Positions 19,228 to 29,141 of a stretch of 64,000 bases of DNA are shown piece by piece. Origin of the DNA: an uncultured Pseudomonadota bacterium (GTDB lineage Bacteria > Pseudomonadota > Zetaproteobacteria > Mariprofundales > Mariprofundaceae); the NCBI GenBank assembly GCA_913055645.1, contig CAJXLC010000003.1:3397-67396 (forward strand), given 5' to 3'. Positions within the stretch are counted from its first letter, which is position 1. Each line of letters opens with the position of its first letter. The notes under the pieces are model-generated. The model searched no databases, was not told the origin of the DNA, and was given only the letters and a program-made list of their open reading frames with translations. A program made the translations under genes and the position numbers.

Positions 19228-20204
19228 GATTCATCCGCCTTGGGCTTCACCTGTACATGTACACAACGGGCAATATGCTCACCATCTTGCCACGCATCAG
19301 CCGCTACAGGCTTCTGACAACCACCATCAGCATGCGAACAACGCGCTGCAAAACGACAACCTTGTGGCCATTCGCCTGGCGCAGGTACCTGCCCTTCAAT
19401 TACCGTCAAAGCCTGCCCATTTTGCGCAACTTCAGGACGACAACCCATCAAAGCCTGTGTGTAAGGGTGAGCTGGAGCATCAAAAACATCCATCACGGCA
19501 CCGCTTTCCACAACCTCTCCAGCATACATGACCACCACATCATCACACATTTCAGCAACCAAACCAAAATCATGGGTTACCAACAACATGCCCAAACCTT
19601 TGTCCTGTTGAAGTTTACGAAGCAATGCAATAATACGTTTTTGCACTGATACATCCAATGCCGTAGTCGGTTCATCAGCAATGATATAATCAGGGTTTGC
19701 AGACATTGCCATCGCAATTAACACACGCTGGCGCATACCACCCGACAGAGCATCGGGGTATTGCTGCAAAAGATGCTTCGCATCTTGCAAGCCTACATCT
19801 TCTAATAATTGAATGGCGTGCAACTGCGCATTTTGATGGTTTAAATCCAAATGCAAACCAATCACCTCAAGCATCTGACTACCAATCGAAAACACGGGAT
19901 TCAGGGCTGTCATCGGCTCCTGAAAAATCATGGCAATTTCTCCGCCACGCACCTTTCGCAATTGTTTTTCAGACATCGCAAAAAGACTTTTACCATGCAG
20001 TTGAATATCTCCACTGATTTTACCAATGCCTTGATGTTCACCCAAACGAAGAATGGATTGTGCAGTTAGCGTCTTGCCACAACCAGACTCTCCAACCAAG
20101 CCCATTACACGCCCAGGTTTTATGGATAAAGAAACATGACTAACAGCAGGAACGGATGTCTGTTGCATCGGAACGGTCAATGATAAATCGTTTATTTCAA
20201 GCAT
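19221..20204 (-). CDS. Dipeptide/oligopeptide ABC transporter ATP-binding protein (DppD/OppD-like)
   Basis: Walker A GESGCGKT, signature LSGGMRQR, HPYTQAL, and a C-terminal GCRFAARC Cys motif. Confidence 0.9.
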   Translation of the reverse strand: MLEINDLSLTVPMQQTSVPAVSHVSLSIKPGRVMGLVGESGCGKTLTAQSILRLGEHQGIGKISGDIQLHGKSLFAMSEKQLRKVRGGEIAMIFQEPMTALNPVFSIGSQMLEVIGLHLDLNHQNAQLHAIQLLEDVGLQDAKHLLQQYPDALSGGMRQRVLIAMAMSANPDYIIADEPTTALDVSVQKRIIALLRKLQQDKGLGMLLVTHDFGLVAEMCDDVVVMYAGEVVESGAVMDVFDAPAHPYTQALMGCRPEVAQNGQALTVIEGQVPAPGEWPQGCRFAARCSHADGGCQKPVAADAWQDGEHIARCVHVQVKPKADESC

Positions 20205-20306
20205 GAGCCTAAGTGTGACAAAAGGACGATAAGCTTTCCAGTGCGGGAAATTCGTTTACATGAAATATAGCGCAATACAAGCCTGCATTGTCACATAAAT
20301 GCAAAG

Positions 20307-20315
20307 TTTTCCACA
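20307..20315 (+). promoter_or_regulatory. DnaA-box-like 9-mer TTTTCCACA
   Basis: It fits the TTWTNCACA pattern. Confidence 0.4.
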
Positions 20316-20474
20316 ATATATCACCCAATATCCATTTAACCGCAATATACATCAAATTTACATTTATATAATATCATAACTTATTATTATTAAAGACTAA
20401 AATATATATGATTAAATAATAGGCAGTATGTCATATAGAGACTCAATGTGACAAGTTCAACAAAAGAAGGCAAG

Positions 20475-20509
20475 TCATCCACAAAGTTATCCACAGTTTA
20501 TGTGGGTAA
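20475..20509. promoter_or_regulatory. Cluster of three DnaA-box-like 9-mers
   Basis: TCATCCACA (20475-20483, one mismatch), TTATCCACA (20487-20495, perfect consensus), and TGTGGGTAA (20501-20509, which is TTACCCACA inverted, one mismatch). Confidence 0.5.
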
Positions 20510-20601
20510 CATTTGAAGCACTTTATTTACAACAACTTAGCCCATTTTTGTAATATTTAAATACTCAAAAATAGCAATTATCAAGCCTCTCTTTGATCTT
20601 G

Positions 20602-23600
20602 TTACTTTAATGGAGCAAACAGTGCATCCATATCATCAGGTGTCCAAAGCTGTTTGCGTGCCGCCCCTTTCTGATATATTCCTTCCGCCAATTCGCGCTT
20701 TCTATCCTGTAATTCAAGAATTTTTTCTTCTACGGTTCCCTCTGTAATAAGTTTATAAACAAATACTGATTTATCTTGCCCAATCCTATGCGCCCTATCG
20801 GTTGCCTGATTTTCAGCAGCAGGATTCCACCACGGATCATAATGAATGACTGTATCTGCTGCGGTTAGATTCAAGCCAACACCACCAGCCTTTAAACTAA
20901 TAAGGAATAATGATACTTCATTATTCTGGAAACGCCTTACAGGGGTCTCCCTATCCTTGGTTTTGCCTGTCAACGTCACATAGTCAATATCAAGAGTTTT
21001 CAATTCTTCCTCAATTAATTTAAGCATACCTGTGAATTGTGAAAACAATAAAATACGTCGCCCTTCTTCAATCATTTCAACCAGCATTTCCTTTAACATG
21101 CCTAACTTTGCAGATTGCGGAACATCTACACCCTCTTCATTCACACCTCTCACCAAACGAGGGTCGCAACAGACCTGACGCATTTTAAGTAACGCATCCA
21201 GCACAATAATCTGACTTTTATCCATGCCCAATGTTGCCACGGCATCACGTACCTTCTTCTGCATCGCCAAACGTACACTTTCATACATTTCACGTTGCTG
21301 CTCACTCAAATCAATACTACGAACCATTTCAGTCTTCGGTGGCAGTTCTGCTGCCACATCCTCTTTACTACGCCGCAATAAGAATGGTTGCACACGTAGA
21401 TTTAGGGCTTCCTGACGTGCTAAATCACTCTCTTTTTCAATCGGTTTGCGAAACAATTGCATAAAATTCTTTTGGTCATACAAATAACCAGGCATAAGAA
21501 AATCAAATTGCGCCCATAATTCGCCCAAATGATTTTCCATGGGTGTGCCTGTCATACATAACTTATGAGCCGCATCAAGTTTGCGAACCTGCTGTGCCAT
21601 TTTAGAGCGCGGATTCTTAATATATTGTGCCTCATCAAGAACCAATAAATGCCAAGGCTGCATTTGCAATACTTCAAAATCGCGCACCAATAACGGATAT
21701 GTGGTTAAAACCAAGTCATACTCTTGTAACGAACCAAAGTGTTTGGCGCGTTCCGAACCATGCAACACCAATACCTTCAAACTTGGCGCAAACTTTTCAG
21801 CCTCACGTCGCCAGTTATACATCAAGCTAGTTGGAGCAATCACCATGGCAGGATTTTCTAAACGCCCTTGCTCTTTTTCCACCAAGATATGCGCCAATGC
21901 CTGCAGCGTTTTCCCTAGACCCATATCATCTGCGAGAATCGCATTAAGCTGCATTTCACGTAAAAACTGCAACCAGCTCAAGCCTTCATGTTGATAATCG
22001 CGCAGTTCAGCTTGCAATAATGCAGGCACTTCACATACAGGAATAGCCTGCAAATCTGATAGTTTCTTCATATGCTGAAGCCATACACTACTGCTCACCT
22101 GCACAGGCATTTCAGCGTCTTTCAAGCTTTCTTCCAACGCCAACATTTGTGGTGCGCTTAACATCACTTCTTGCGGTTTATGACTGGCAAACACATCCAA
22201 CATATAATGCAAAATATTGGCAATCATCTCACCCGGTGCTGCGAGCATACGTCCATCAAGCAACGGCAGCGCAAGCGTTTCTTTGCTCTTTAACTCCAAT
22301 AATGCGGCTTCTTGTAATAAAGAGGGGTGCATACCAACCCAGCGCCCCAAAACTTCTATTAAATCAATCGCTTCACCATCATCCAGTGTTACAGTGAATG
22401 AAGTCTGCCCCATCAAACTATTACCCTTATCACCATGATTTCCCATATCCAACTGCCACGATTCTGCTGTTTCCATGCGATAAGCAAAATCTTGAGAAAT
22501 TTCTACACAAAAGCCCTTTTCCTTCAACACAGGCACTTCATGTAGCACCCATTCAGGCCAATAATTATGATCATGCAGAGTAAAGTAATGCTTGCTAATA
22601 TGCTTACGATTACGCGGCATATAATCATCAGCCAAAGCATGCAAACCTGCATCATACAAACTTGAAACAGCTTCCGCTTCAGCAGTCCTATCACGCTCAA
22701 AATCAATCACTACGCCATGCGAAACAGTGCGAAAGATTGGGTTATCAGATGCGCCAAAAGACAATTTGTGCCCATCATAATCAAATGATAATGCTACAAT
22801 ATGACGTTTTTCAGGTTTAGGGCGGTCAAGTTGTAATTCCTTGCTTAATAACTGAACAACAGCAACCGGAGCAACACTACGACGTTGGTATTGTAGGCGT
22901 GTAGGCATGGGTACACCTTCAGGCAATTGCTCTGCAATATCCTTTAAATCCTCATCCAAACATTCCAAATCCAATTTTGGCATATTTAAAAGAAGCTCTG
23001 CTACATCAGGTAACTGTCCACTCTCAATGGGTCCAGCAAGATGATTCTTGCTATCAATATACCATGGTGGCGATGTAGTAAGCACGTGTCCTTCTTCAAC
23101 AGGTTGCTGCAAAGCCAGCTGTAAATATTGTGCACCGTTCGCATCACTTTCCCAGAAGAACTCTCCAGTGCACTTTTCAGCAAGCTTCAATGCAGGGGTA
23201 TAATAATCCAACCAATAACAGCGCTCTGTTGCCAATAGATTGCGCAATAATACCAAGCCTGCCTCACCCTTTAATGTATAATTCCGTAATGACATTGATA
23301 GTGAACAATCATTTGCCACTGTTTTCAAAATATGTTCATCGGATGATAAAATATACTGCGGAATATTATGTCCCAATATATTACTTGCCTGATAAGTATT
23401 GGCTTTACCATAGCTGCCATCTTTTAAAATACGAGCGGTTAAGAAACGCAGTCCGACATGGCGGCTATGTGCTTCAGGTTCAAGAATATAAAGCAGACGT
23501 TGCTTGACATTATCGGGATAAATCAAAGCTGGCGTATGCCCTGAATCAGACTTTTCCGCCCCTCCCAACCACATCGAAAATGAACTGGATACAACAGGCT

Positions 23601-23919
23601 CTTCTTCCTCCTCATTTTCAAGCTCACCTTGCTGATCACATAAAATCTCATACAAAGTCGCAGCCACATGTTTACAATGTTTGGCTTTTGCTAGGCAGTC
23701 ACAACGGCTTTTTAGTCCACCCCTAGAGCCAAACTCAAGTGATACTTGATAACGCTGTGAGGTTTTACCTTCAACGCGTGCATCCACACCACACACATCA
23801 TCCAATTCAATGAATTCGAGCACCTTATCACGCTCAAAATAATCCTTACCACGTTGGGCAAATATTTCACCCACCCAGTTTACAATCTTAGCTTCGCTAA
23901 GTTCAGGGATTTCATGCAT
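20602..23919 (-). CDS. SWIM zinc-finger + SNF2-family helicase
   Basis: SWIM CxCxnCxH ([12 protein letters not shown]) is encoded at 23668-23703. SNF2 motifs are [31 protein letters not shown] and [12 protein letters not shown] prefer the ATG at 23919 (MHEIPEL) because AGGAAG lies 9 nt upstream. The track ORF starts at 23943 with no Shine-Dalgarno sequence. Confidence 0.9.
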   Translation of the reverse strand: MHEIPELSEAKIVNWVGEIFAQRGKDYFERDKVLEFIELDDVCGVDARVEGKTSQRYQVSLEFGSRGGLKSRCDCLAKAKHCKHVAATLYEILCDQQGELENEEEEEPVVSSSFSMWLGGAEKSDSGHTPALIYPDNVKQRLLYILEPEAHSRHVGLRFLTARILKDGSYGKANTYQASNILGHNIPQYILSSDEHILKTVANDCSLSMSLRNYTLKGEAGLVLLRNLLATERCYWLDYYTPALKLAEKCTGEFFWESDANGAQYLQLALQQPVEEGHVLTTSPPWYIDSKNHLAGPIESGQLPDVAELLLNMPKLDLECLDEDLKDIAEQLPEGVPMPTRLQYQRRSVAPVAVVQLLSKELQLDRPKPEKRHIVALSFDYDGHKLSFGASDNPIFRTVSHGVVIDFERDRTAEAEAVSSLYDAGLHALADDYMPRNRKHISKHYFTLHDHNYWPEWVLHEVPVLKEKGFCVEISQDFAYRMETAESWQLDMGNHGDKGNSLMGQTSFTVTLDDGEAIDLIEVLGRWVGMHPSLLQEAALLELKSKETLALPLLDGRMLAAPGEMIANILHYMLDVFASHKPQEVMLSAPQMLALEESLKDAEMPVQVSSSVWLQHMKKLSDLQAIPVCEVPALLQAELRDYQHEGLSWLQFLREMQLNAILADDMGLGKTLQALAHILVEKEQGRLENPAMVIAPTSLMYNWRREAEKFAPSLKVLVLHGSERAKHFGSLQEYDLVLTTYPLLVRDFEVLQMQPWHLLVLDEAQYIKNPRSKMAQQVRKLDAAHKLCMTGTPMENHLGELWAQFDFLMPGYLYDQKNFMQLFRKPIEKESDLARQEALNLRVQPFLLRRSKEDVAAELPPKTEMVRSIDLSEQQREMYESVRLAMQKKVRDAVATLGMDKSQIIVLDALLKMRQVCCDPRLVRGVNEEGVDVPQSAKLGMLKEMLVEMIEEGRRILLFSQFTGMLKLIEEELKTLDIDYVTLTGKTKDRETPVRRFQNNEVSLFLISLKAGGVGLNLTAADTVIHYDPWWNPAAENQATDRAHRIGQDKSVFVYKLITEGTVEEKILELQDRKRELAEGIYQKGAARKQLWTPDDMDALFAPLK

Positions 23920-25912
23920 CGTTATTGTCTTCCTGTTGCTCATAATTTTGTTTTAACATCAATAATTCATCACGGTACTTGCCCGCATCTTCAAAGCGTA
24001 AATCAGCAGCAGCTTCGGTCATCAACCGTTCCAATTCTTTCATACGAACCCCTGCATCATAAGCATTTAATGGCTCTACTTCTTCCACCTCTGGAATATG
24101 CCCATAATCCATATCGTACACCGAACCTAAAATATCTTTAACCGCCGATTTTACCGTTGTTGGTGTAATACCATGTTGTTCATTGTATGCGACCTGCTTT
24201 TCACGCCTCCGTGCCGTTTCATCCATCGCCTTTTGCATCGACTTGGTGATTTTATCTGCGTACAAAATCACCCGCCCTTCCGCATTACGTGCTGCACGCC
24301 CAATAGTCTGAACCAAGGAGCGTTCGGAACGTAAAAAACCTTCTTTATCTGCATCAAAAATCGTTACCAATGCCACTTCTGGCAAATCCAAGCCTTCTCG
24401 AAGTAAGTTAATGCCCACCAACACATCAAATGCGCCCAAACGCAAATCGCGCAGTATCTCCATACGCTCCACAGTATCAATATCCGAATGCAAATAGCGG
24501 ACTTTTAAATCCAAATTATTCAAGTATTCCGTTAAATCTTCCGCCATACGTTTGGTCAAACAGGTCGCCAAGACCCTAAACCCACGTGTAATAACCTCAT
24601 TTGCCACCGATACAAAGTCATCCACCTGTGTTGAGGCAGGTCGAATCTCTATTTCAGGGTCAAGTAAGCCCGTGGGTCGAATGATCTGCTCTGCAAACAC
24701 TCCGCCTGTTTTCTCCATTTCATACACACTCGGAGTAGCAGACACATAAAGATTTTGCGGCACCACCGCTTCAAACTCATGAAATTGTAGGGGTCGATTA
24801 TCCAAAGCAGAAGGCAAACGAAACCCAAAATCTACTAAAGTCTGTTTGCGCGACCTATCACCCTTAAACATGGCGCCGATTTGCGGTACCGTGACATGCG
24901 ACTCATCAATCATCACAAGCGCATTATTGGGCAAATAATCTAGCAATGTTGGTGGTGGCTTGCCTGCTTCTTGCCCAGTTAAATGCCGTGAGTAATTCTC
25001 CACACCACTGCAATAACCAATTTCTTGAATCATTTCGAGATCAAATATAGTGCGCTGCTCCAAACGTTGCGCTTCCACCAACTTGTTTTGGTCATAAAGC
25101 TCTGCCAAACGCTCTGCTAACTCTTCTTTAATGGTATCCATAGCTCGCACCAAAAGGTTACGCGGCGTTACAAAGTGAGACTTTGGAAAGACCGTATATT
25201 TATGCAACGATTGTAAACGTTTGCCTGTGAGTGGATCAAACTGTGAAATAGCATCAATTTCATCACCAAAAAGTTCCACACGAATGGCAAAATCTTCGGC
25301 ATGGGCAGGGAACACCTCAATCACATCACCACGCACCCGAAAAGTACCGCGATGAAAGTCCATATCATTGCGTTCATATTGCAATTCCACCAATTTATTC
25401 ACCACCGCCCGCTGATTAACTTCTCGACCTACTTCAAAATACTGCAACATTTTACTATAGGCTTCAGGACTACCCAAACCATAAATACACGATACCGATG
25501 CCACAATAATGACATCTTCGCGCTCCAATAAAGCCCGTGTTGCAGCATGACGCATACGATCAATCTGCTCATTAATGGCGGAATCTTTTTCAATATAAGT
25601 ATCCGATGAAGGTACATAAGCTTCTGGCTGATAATAATCATAATAAGACACAAAATATTCCACGGCATTATCAGGAAAAAATTGTTTGAATTCGCCATAC
25701 AATTGCGCCGCAAGTGTTTTATTCGGTGCTAAAATCAAGGTCGGCTTCTGTGTTTGTTCAATCACACATGCCATAGTAAAAGTCTTACCTGAACCTGTGA
25801 CACCAAGCAGGGTTTGATGCTTCTCACCTGCCTCAATACCTGCCACTAATTCGGAAATTGCCTGTGGCTGGTCACCCTGAGGTTCGAATTCACATTTCAA
25901 CGTAAAGCGCAT
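23912..25912 (-). CDS. uvrB: Excinuclease ABC subunit B
   Basis: 666 aa with [10 protein letters not shown], helicase motifs, a beta-hairpin region and a C-terminal UVR domain ([13 protein letters not shown]). Confidence 0.97.
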   Translation of the reverse strand: MRFTLKCEFEPQGDQPQAISELVAGIEAGEKHQTLLGVTGSGKTFTMACVIEQTQKPTLILAPNKTLAAQLYGEFKQFFPDNAVEYFVSYYDYYQPEAYVPSSDTYIEKDSAINEQIDRMRHAATRALLEREDVIIVASVSCIYGLGSPEAYSKMLQYFEVGREVNQRAVVNKLVELQYERNDMDFHRGTFRVRGDVIEVFPAHAEDFAIRVELFGDEIDAISQFDPLTGKRLQSLHKYTVFPKSHFVTPRNLLVRAMDTIKEELAERLAELYDQNKLVEAQRLEQRTIFDLEMIQEIGYCSGVENYSRHLTGQEAGKPPPTLLDYLPNNALVMIDESHVTVPQIGAMFKGDRSRKQTLVDFGFRLPSALDNRPLQFHEFEAVVPQNLYVSATPSVYEMEKTGGVFAEQIIRPTGLLDPEIEIRPASTQVDDFVSVANEVITRGFRVLATCLTKRMAEDLTEYLNNLDLKVRYLHSDIDTVERMEILRDLRLGAFDVLVGINLLREGLDLPEVALVTIFDADKEGFLRSERSLVQTIGRAARNAEGRVILYADKITKSMQKAMDETARRREKQVAYNEQHGITPTTVKSAVKDILGSVYDMDYGHIPEVEEVEPLNAYDAGVRMKELERLMTEAAADLRFEDAGKYRDELLMLKQNYEQQEDNNDA

Positions 25913-26029
25913 CGACGCAGACTATGTTTTTTTTATGTCATGCCTATTAAAAAATGTATCACAAGCATCTTATTATTTTGCGTGCTATGATTCGTATATT
26001 TATTTTAGCTTGATAGGAATAATGACCCC

Positions 26030-27640
26030 ATGACTATGGCTAATCGTAGAATCCAGCTTTATGACACAACCTTACGTGACGGCGCACAGACCGCTGGCAT
26101 TCACTTTTCCGCAGAAGATAAAAAACGCATTGCCCATCAATTGGCTGAATTTGGCATAGACTGGATTGAAGGTGGTTGGCCAGGAGCCAGCCCTACCGAC
26201 AATCAATTTTTCGATCTTATGCGCAATCGCACATGGTCACATAGCCACTTGGTAGCCTTTGGTAGCACTGCCCGACCAAATAAACCCATACACGAAGATA
26301 AAGGCTTACATGCACTTATCAATAGCGGGGTAGATGCTGTTTGCATCTTTGGTAAAAGCTGGGATCTTCATGTCACCACTGGCTTAGGTATCACATTGGA
26401 AGAAAACCTACATCTAGTACAAGCATCCATTGCCCTACTAAAACAGTCCATGCCTACTGTAATGTTTGATGCCGAACATTTTTTCGATGGTTATGCTGCA
26501 AATCCTGAATATGCGATGAAAGTATTGGCTGCTGCTGTCGCTGGTGGCGCAGACACACTCATATTATGCGATACCAATGGCGGTTCTCTTCCAAATCAAA
26601 TATCTGCTCTCGTAGAAAAAGTTGTGCAACAATATCCTCATATAACCATTGGTATTCATGCCCATAATGACTCTGAAATGGCAGTAGCCAACTCAATTAC
26701 GGCTGTTTGTAGTGGCGCATCACATATTCAAGGCACCATCAATGGTATTGGTGAACGCTGTGGTAATGCCAACCTTATTTCGGTCATTCCGACGCTATAT
26801 TTAAAGCTCACTATGGATTGTGGTGTTGAAGAAAAACAGCTCAAACAACTAAAATCATTGTCTTCATTTGTCAATGAAATGGCAAACCGTTTACCTTGGC
26901 AACATCAACCCTTCGTAGGGCAAAATGCATTTGCGCATAAAGGCGGCATTCATGTTTCAGCGATTCGTAAAGAAAGCCGTTTGTATGAGCATATTCATCC
27001 AGCCTGTGTGGGTAATGAGCAACGTGTTTTGGTATCCAATCAAGCTGGGCGAAGTAATATTCTAGCAAAACTAAAACAACTCGACCCTGACTCCGATATC
27101 ACTGTTGATGCCCCTATCATGACTGAGTTTGTTCAACGCATCAAAGACATGGAGTCCAAAGGTTATGCTTTTGAAGGTGCAGATGCATCCTTCCGACTTC
27201 TTTTGCATAAAGCTTTGGGAAAGTTCAAGCGGCACTTTAAACTGGTGAGTTTTCGCGTACTTGATGAAAAACGCGGGCATTTCGAAGTGCCTGAATCTGA
27301 AGCTACCGTGCAAGTTCGCGTGAATGGTGAACTATTACACACCGCAGCTCTTGGTAACGGCCCGGTCAATGCTATGGATAAAGCATTAAGAGCCGCATTA
27401 AGTGGTGTTTATCCGAATCTAGAGTCTATGCGTCTTACCGATTTCAAGGTGCGTGTATTATCCACAAAAGAAGCCACCGAAGCGGCTGTACGCGTGCTTA
27501 TCGAATCATCCGATGGCATTCATAAGTGGAGTACCGTTGGTGTATCAGAAGATGTGCTCGAAGCAACTTACCACGCACTTAATGATGCGATTGAATACAA
27601 ACTTCTTATCGACCAAACTCCCGCCGATCATAGTCTTTAA
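26030..27640 (+). CDS. cimA: Citramalate synthase (LeuA/CimA family, long form)
   Basis: 536 aa. It has LYDTTLRDGAQ, HAHND, and a C-terminal LeuA-dimer-like regulatory domain. The size and N-terminus fit the CimA-type subgroup. Confidence 0.78.
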   Translation: MTMANRRIQLYDTTLRDGAQTAGIHFSAEDKKRIAHQLAEFGIDWIEGGWPGASPTDNQFFDLMRNRTWSHSHLVAFGSTARPNKPIHEDKGLHALINSGVDAVCIFGKSWDLHVTTGLGITLEENLHLVQASIALLKQSMPTVMFDAEHFFDGYAANPEYAMKVLAAAVAGGADTLILCDTNGGSLPNQISALVEKVVQQYPHITIGIHAHNDSEMAVANSITAVCSGASHIQGTINGIGERCGNANLISVIPTLYLKLTMDCGVEEKQLKQLKSLSSFVNEMANRLPWQHQPFVGQNAFAHKGGIHVSAIRKESRLYEHIHPACVGNEQRVLVSNQAGRSNILAKLKQLDPDSDITVDAPIMTEFVQRIKDMESKGYAFEGADASFRLLLHKALGKFKRHFKLVSFRVLDEKRGHFEVPESEATVQVRVNGELLHTAALGNGPVNAMDKALRAALSGVYPNLESMRLTDFKVRVLSTKEATEAAVRVLIESSDGIHKWSTVGVSEDVLEATYHALNDAIEYKLLIDQTPADHSL

Positions 27641-27868
27641 CCTAGATTCTATAAGTGAGCACACACATATAGCGCAACCCCTTGATTCATCTAGGAAAGC
27701 GCTGATTAACGCCACTTAGCACCATTTGTCATCTTGAGCGAAGTCGAAAGATCCTTGTTTTCAATATGTTGCGAAACAGATCTCTCCGCTTCGGTCGAGA
27801 TGACACCTTTAATCAGCGCTTCCCTAAAGTATTACACTCTGCACGCACGATCACTTGCAGAATCTAGG
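27641..27868. repeat. MITE-like nested inverted-repeat element (R1)
   Basis: Outer arms are CCTAGATTCT/AGAATCTAGG and middle arms are AAGCGCTGATTAA/TTAATCAGCGCTT. The inner 26-nt arms lie at 27728-27753 and 27779-27804. TTTAA flanks both ends. Confidence 0.7.
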
Positions 27869-27888
27869 TTTAAGGATATAAATCACCC

Positions 27889-28122
27889 ATGACAAACCCA
27901 CAACCCAACAACCCACTACATGGCATTACCTTAGAAAAAGTCGTGACCTCACTGGTAGAGTATTATGGTTGGGAAGAGTTGGGGGAGCGCATTAGCATTC
28001 GCTGCTTTAATGATAATCCATCTGTAAAATCCAGTCTGAAATTTCTACGAAAAACTCCTTGGGCAAGAGCCAAAGTTGAAGCACTTTTTATTAGCATACA
28101 AAACAGTGTTTGGAAAAAATAA
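27889..28122 (+). CDS. DUF2132 (VF530-like) small protein
   Basis: 77 aa. [23 protein letters not shown] and [13 protein letters not shown] are typical of DUF2132. Confidence 0.75.
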   Translation: MTNPQPNNPLHGITLEKVVTSLVEYYGWEELGERISIRCFNDNPSVKSSLKFLRKTPWARAKVEALFISIQNSVWKK

Positions 28123-28154
28123 TACGCGGTACTCGGGAGATGCTAATGTAAAGT

Positions 28155-28286
28155 GTCATCTCGGCCGCAGTGGCGAGATATTATTGCTGAATATCTTAAA
28201 AAAAGATCTTATTCATTAGGTTTTCGCAACGCGACAGGTCTCGCTATTCAGCATGCTAAAGTGACTGTTCAGGTTGCCGCTGATTT
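28155..28286. repeat. Intergenic repeat cluster R2 (modules M1, M2, M3 of the dispersed family)
   Basis: M1 (28155-28180) matches the inner arm of R1 at 21/26 positions. M2 (28221-28245) matches 34986-35009 and 35060-35084. M3 (28261-28286) matches 56205-56230 at 23/26 positions. Confidence 0.7.
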
Positions 28287-28301
28287 GAATAATTACACGG
28301 G

Positions 28302-29141
28302 CTATTGAATAGGCAGGTAACCAGCCTGTTTTACAATAGCCTGACCCTTCTCTGATAGAATATATTTGATAAAATTCTGCACATAGTCAGGTGCATGTTT
28401 ATCTACCAGAAGATATAGTTTACGTGACATCGGGCATGTGTTGCTGCGTATGTTTGCAGGGATTACTTTAATCGTTTCTCCGTCCACCTCAAAACTCAAG
28501 ACTCGAATATCTTTATTTAGATAAGCTATGCCAACATATCCGATTGCCTGATCACTATGCTTGACGAGTTGAATCACATCATCATCCGAATCCAGCGCGA
28601 CAGATGATTCGGGTGACTCGAATGCAAAATTATCGGAACCCAACACATAGTCTGAGAATACTACTCGCGTACCATGGTAGATATTTTTATCTACAACAAT
28701 GATTCGACGATCAAAACCACCAAGCTGTTTCCAATTGGTAATCTGACCACGGTATATCTGAGCAAGTGCATCATGTGTAATGCGCTGTATGCCAGATTCA
28801 TATACTTCCCGCGAAACCACGGGAACAACGGCATCCAATGCGATGCCAATATGGCGCGTTACATTAGGATTGATAAGGTTCCGCTCTTGCATCGTTAGTT
28901 CACGACTCATCATGCCGATATGAACGATCTTATCTTTAATAAGACCAAAACCAGTCGAAGAACCACCACCTTGAATATTGAAATGAATGTCAGGGTGTAT
29001 CGCGGAGTAAGATGCTGCTGCCAGCTTTATGTATTTCTGAACAGTCGTTGATCCACCGATGGATATCGTTTCGGCAAATGCATGGGGTACCATGGACACA
29101 AATAGCGATAACAGCATCAAAAAATGTTTGGCAACTTTCAT
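28302..29141 (-). CDS. PstS-like periplasmic substrate-binding protein (PBP-like_2 family)
   Basis: It has the signal peptide [23 protein letters not shown] and the motifs ISIGGSTTV and GGGSSTG. It shares an ATGA overlap with the upstream kinase. Confidence 0.8.
   Translation of the reverse strand: MKVAKHFLMLLSLFVSMVPHAFAETISIGGSTTVQKYIKLAAASYSAIHPDIHFNIQGGGSSTGFGLIKDKIVHIGMMSRELTMQERNLINPNVTRHIGIALDAVVPVVSREVYESGIQRITHDALAQIYRGQITNWKQLGGFDRRIIVVDKNIYHGTRVVFSDYVLGSDNFAFESPESSVALDSDDDVIQLVKHSDQAIGYVGIAYLNKDIRVLSFEVDGETIKVIPANIRSNTCPMSRKLYLLVDKHAPDYVQNFIKYILSEKGQAIVKQAGYLPIQ

Noticed and set aside
25913-26029. LexA/SOS box in the divergent uvrB-cimA promoter region
   Set aside because: No CTGT-N8-ACAG-type or other recognisable palindromic SOS operator is present. 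There is only an AT-rich spacer with a T8 run. The LexA motif of this lineage is unknown to me, so absence is not proven.
28118-28300. Near-direct repeats AATAATACGCGG (28118-28129) and AATAATTACACGG (28287-28299) flanking R2, as a possible target duplication
   Set aside because: The match needs an indel and a mismatch. The left copy overlaps the DUF2132 stop, and AT-rich 6-mers recur by chance. The evidence is too weak to claim.
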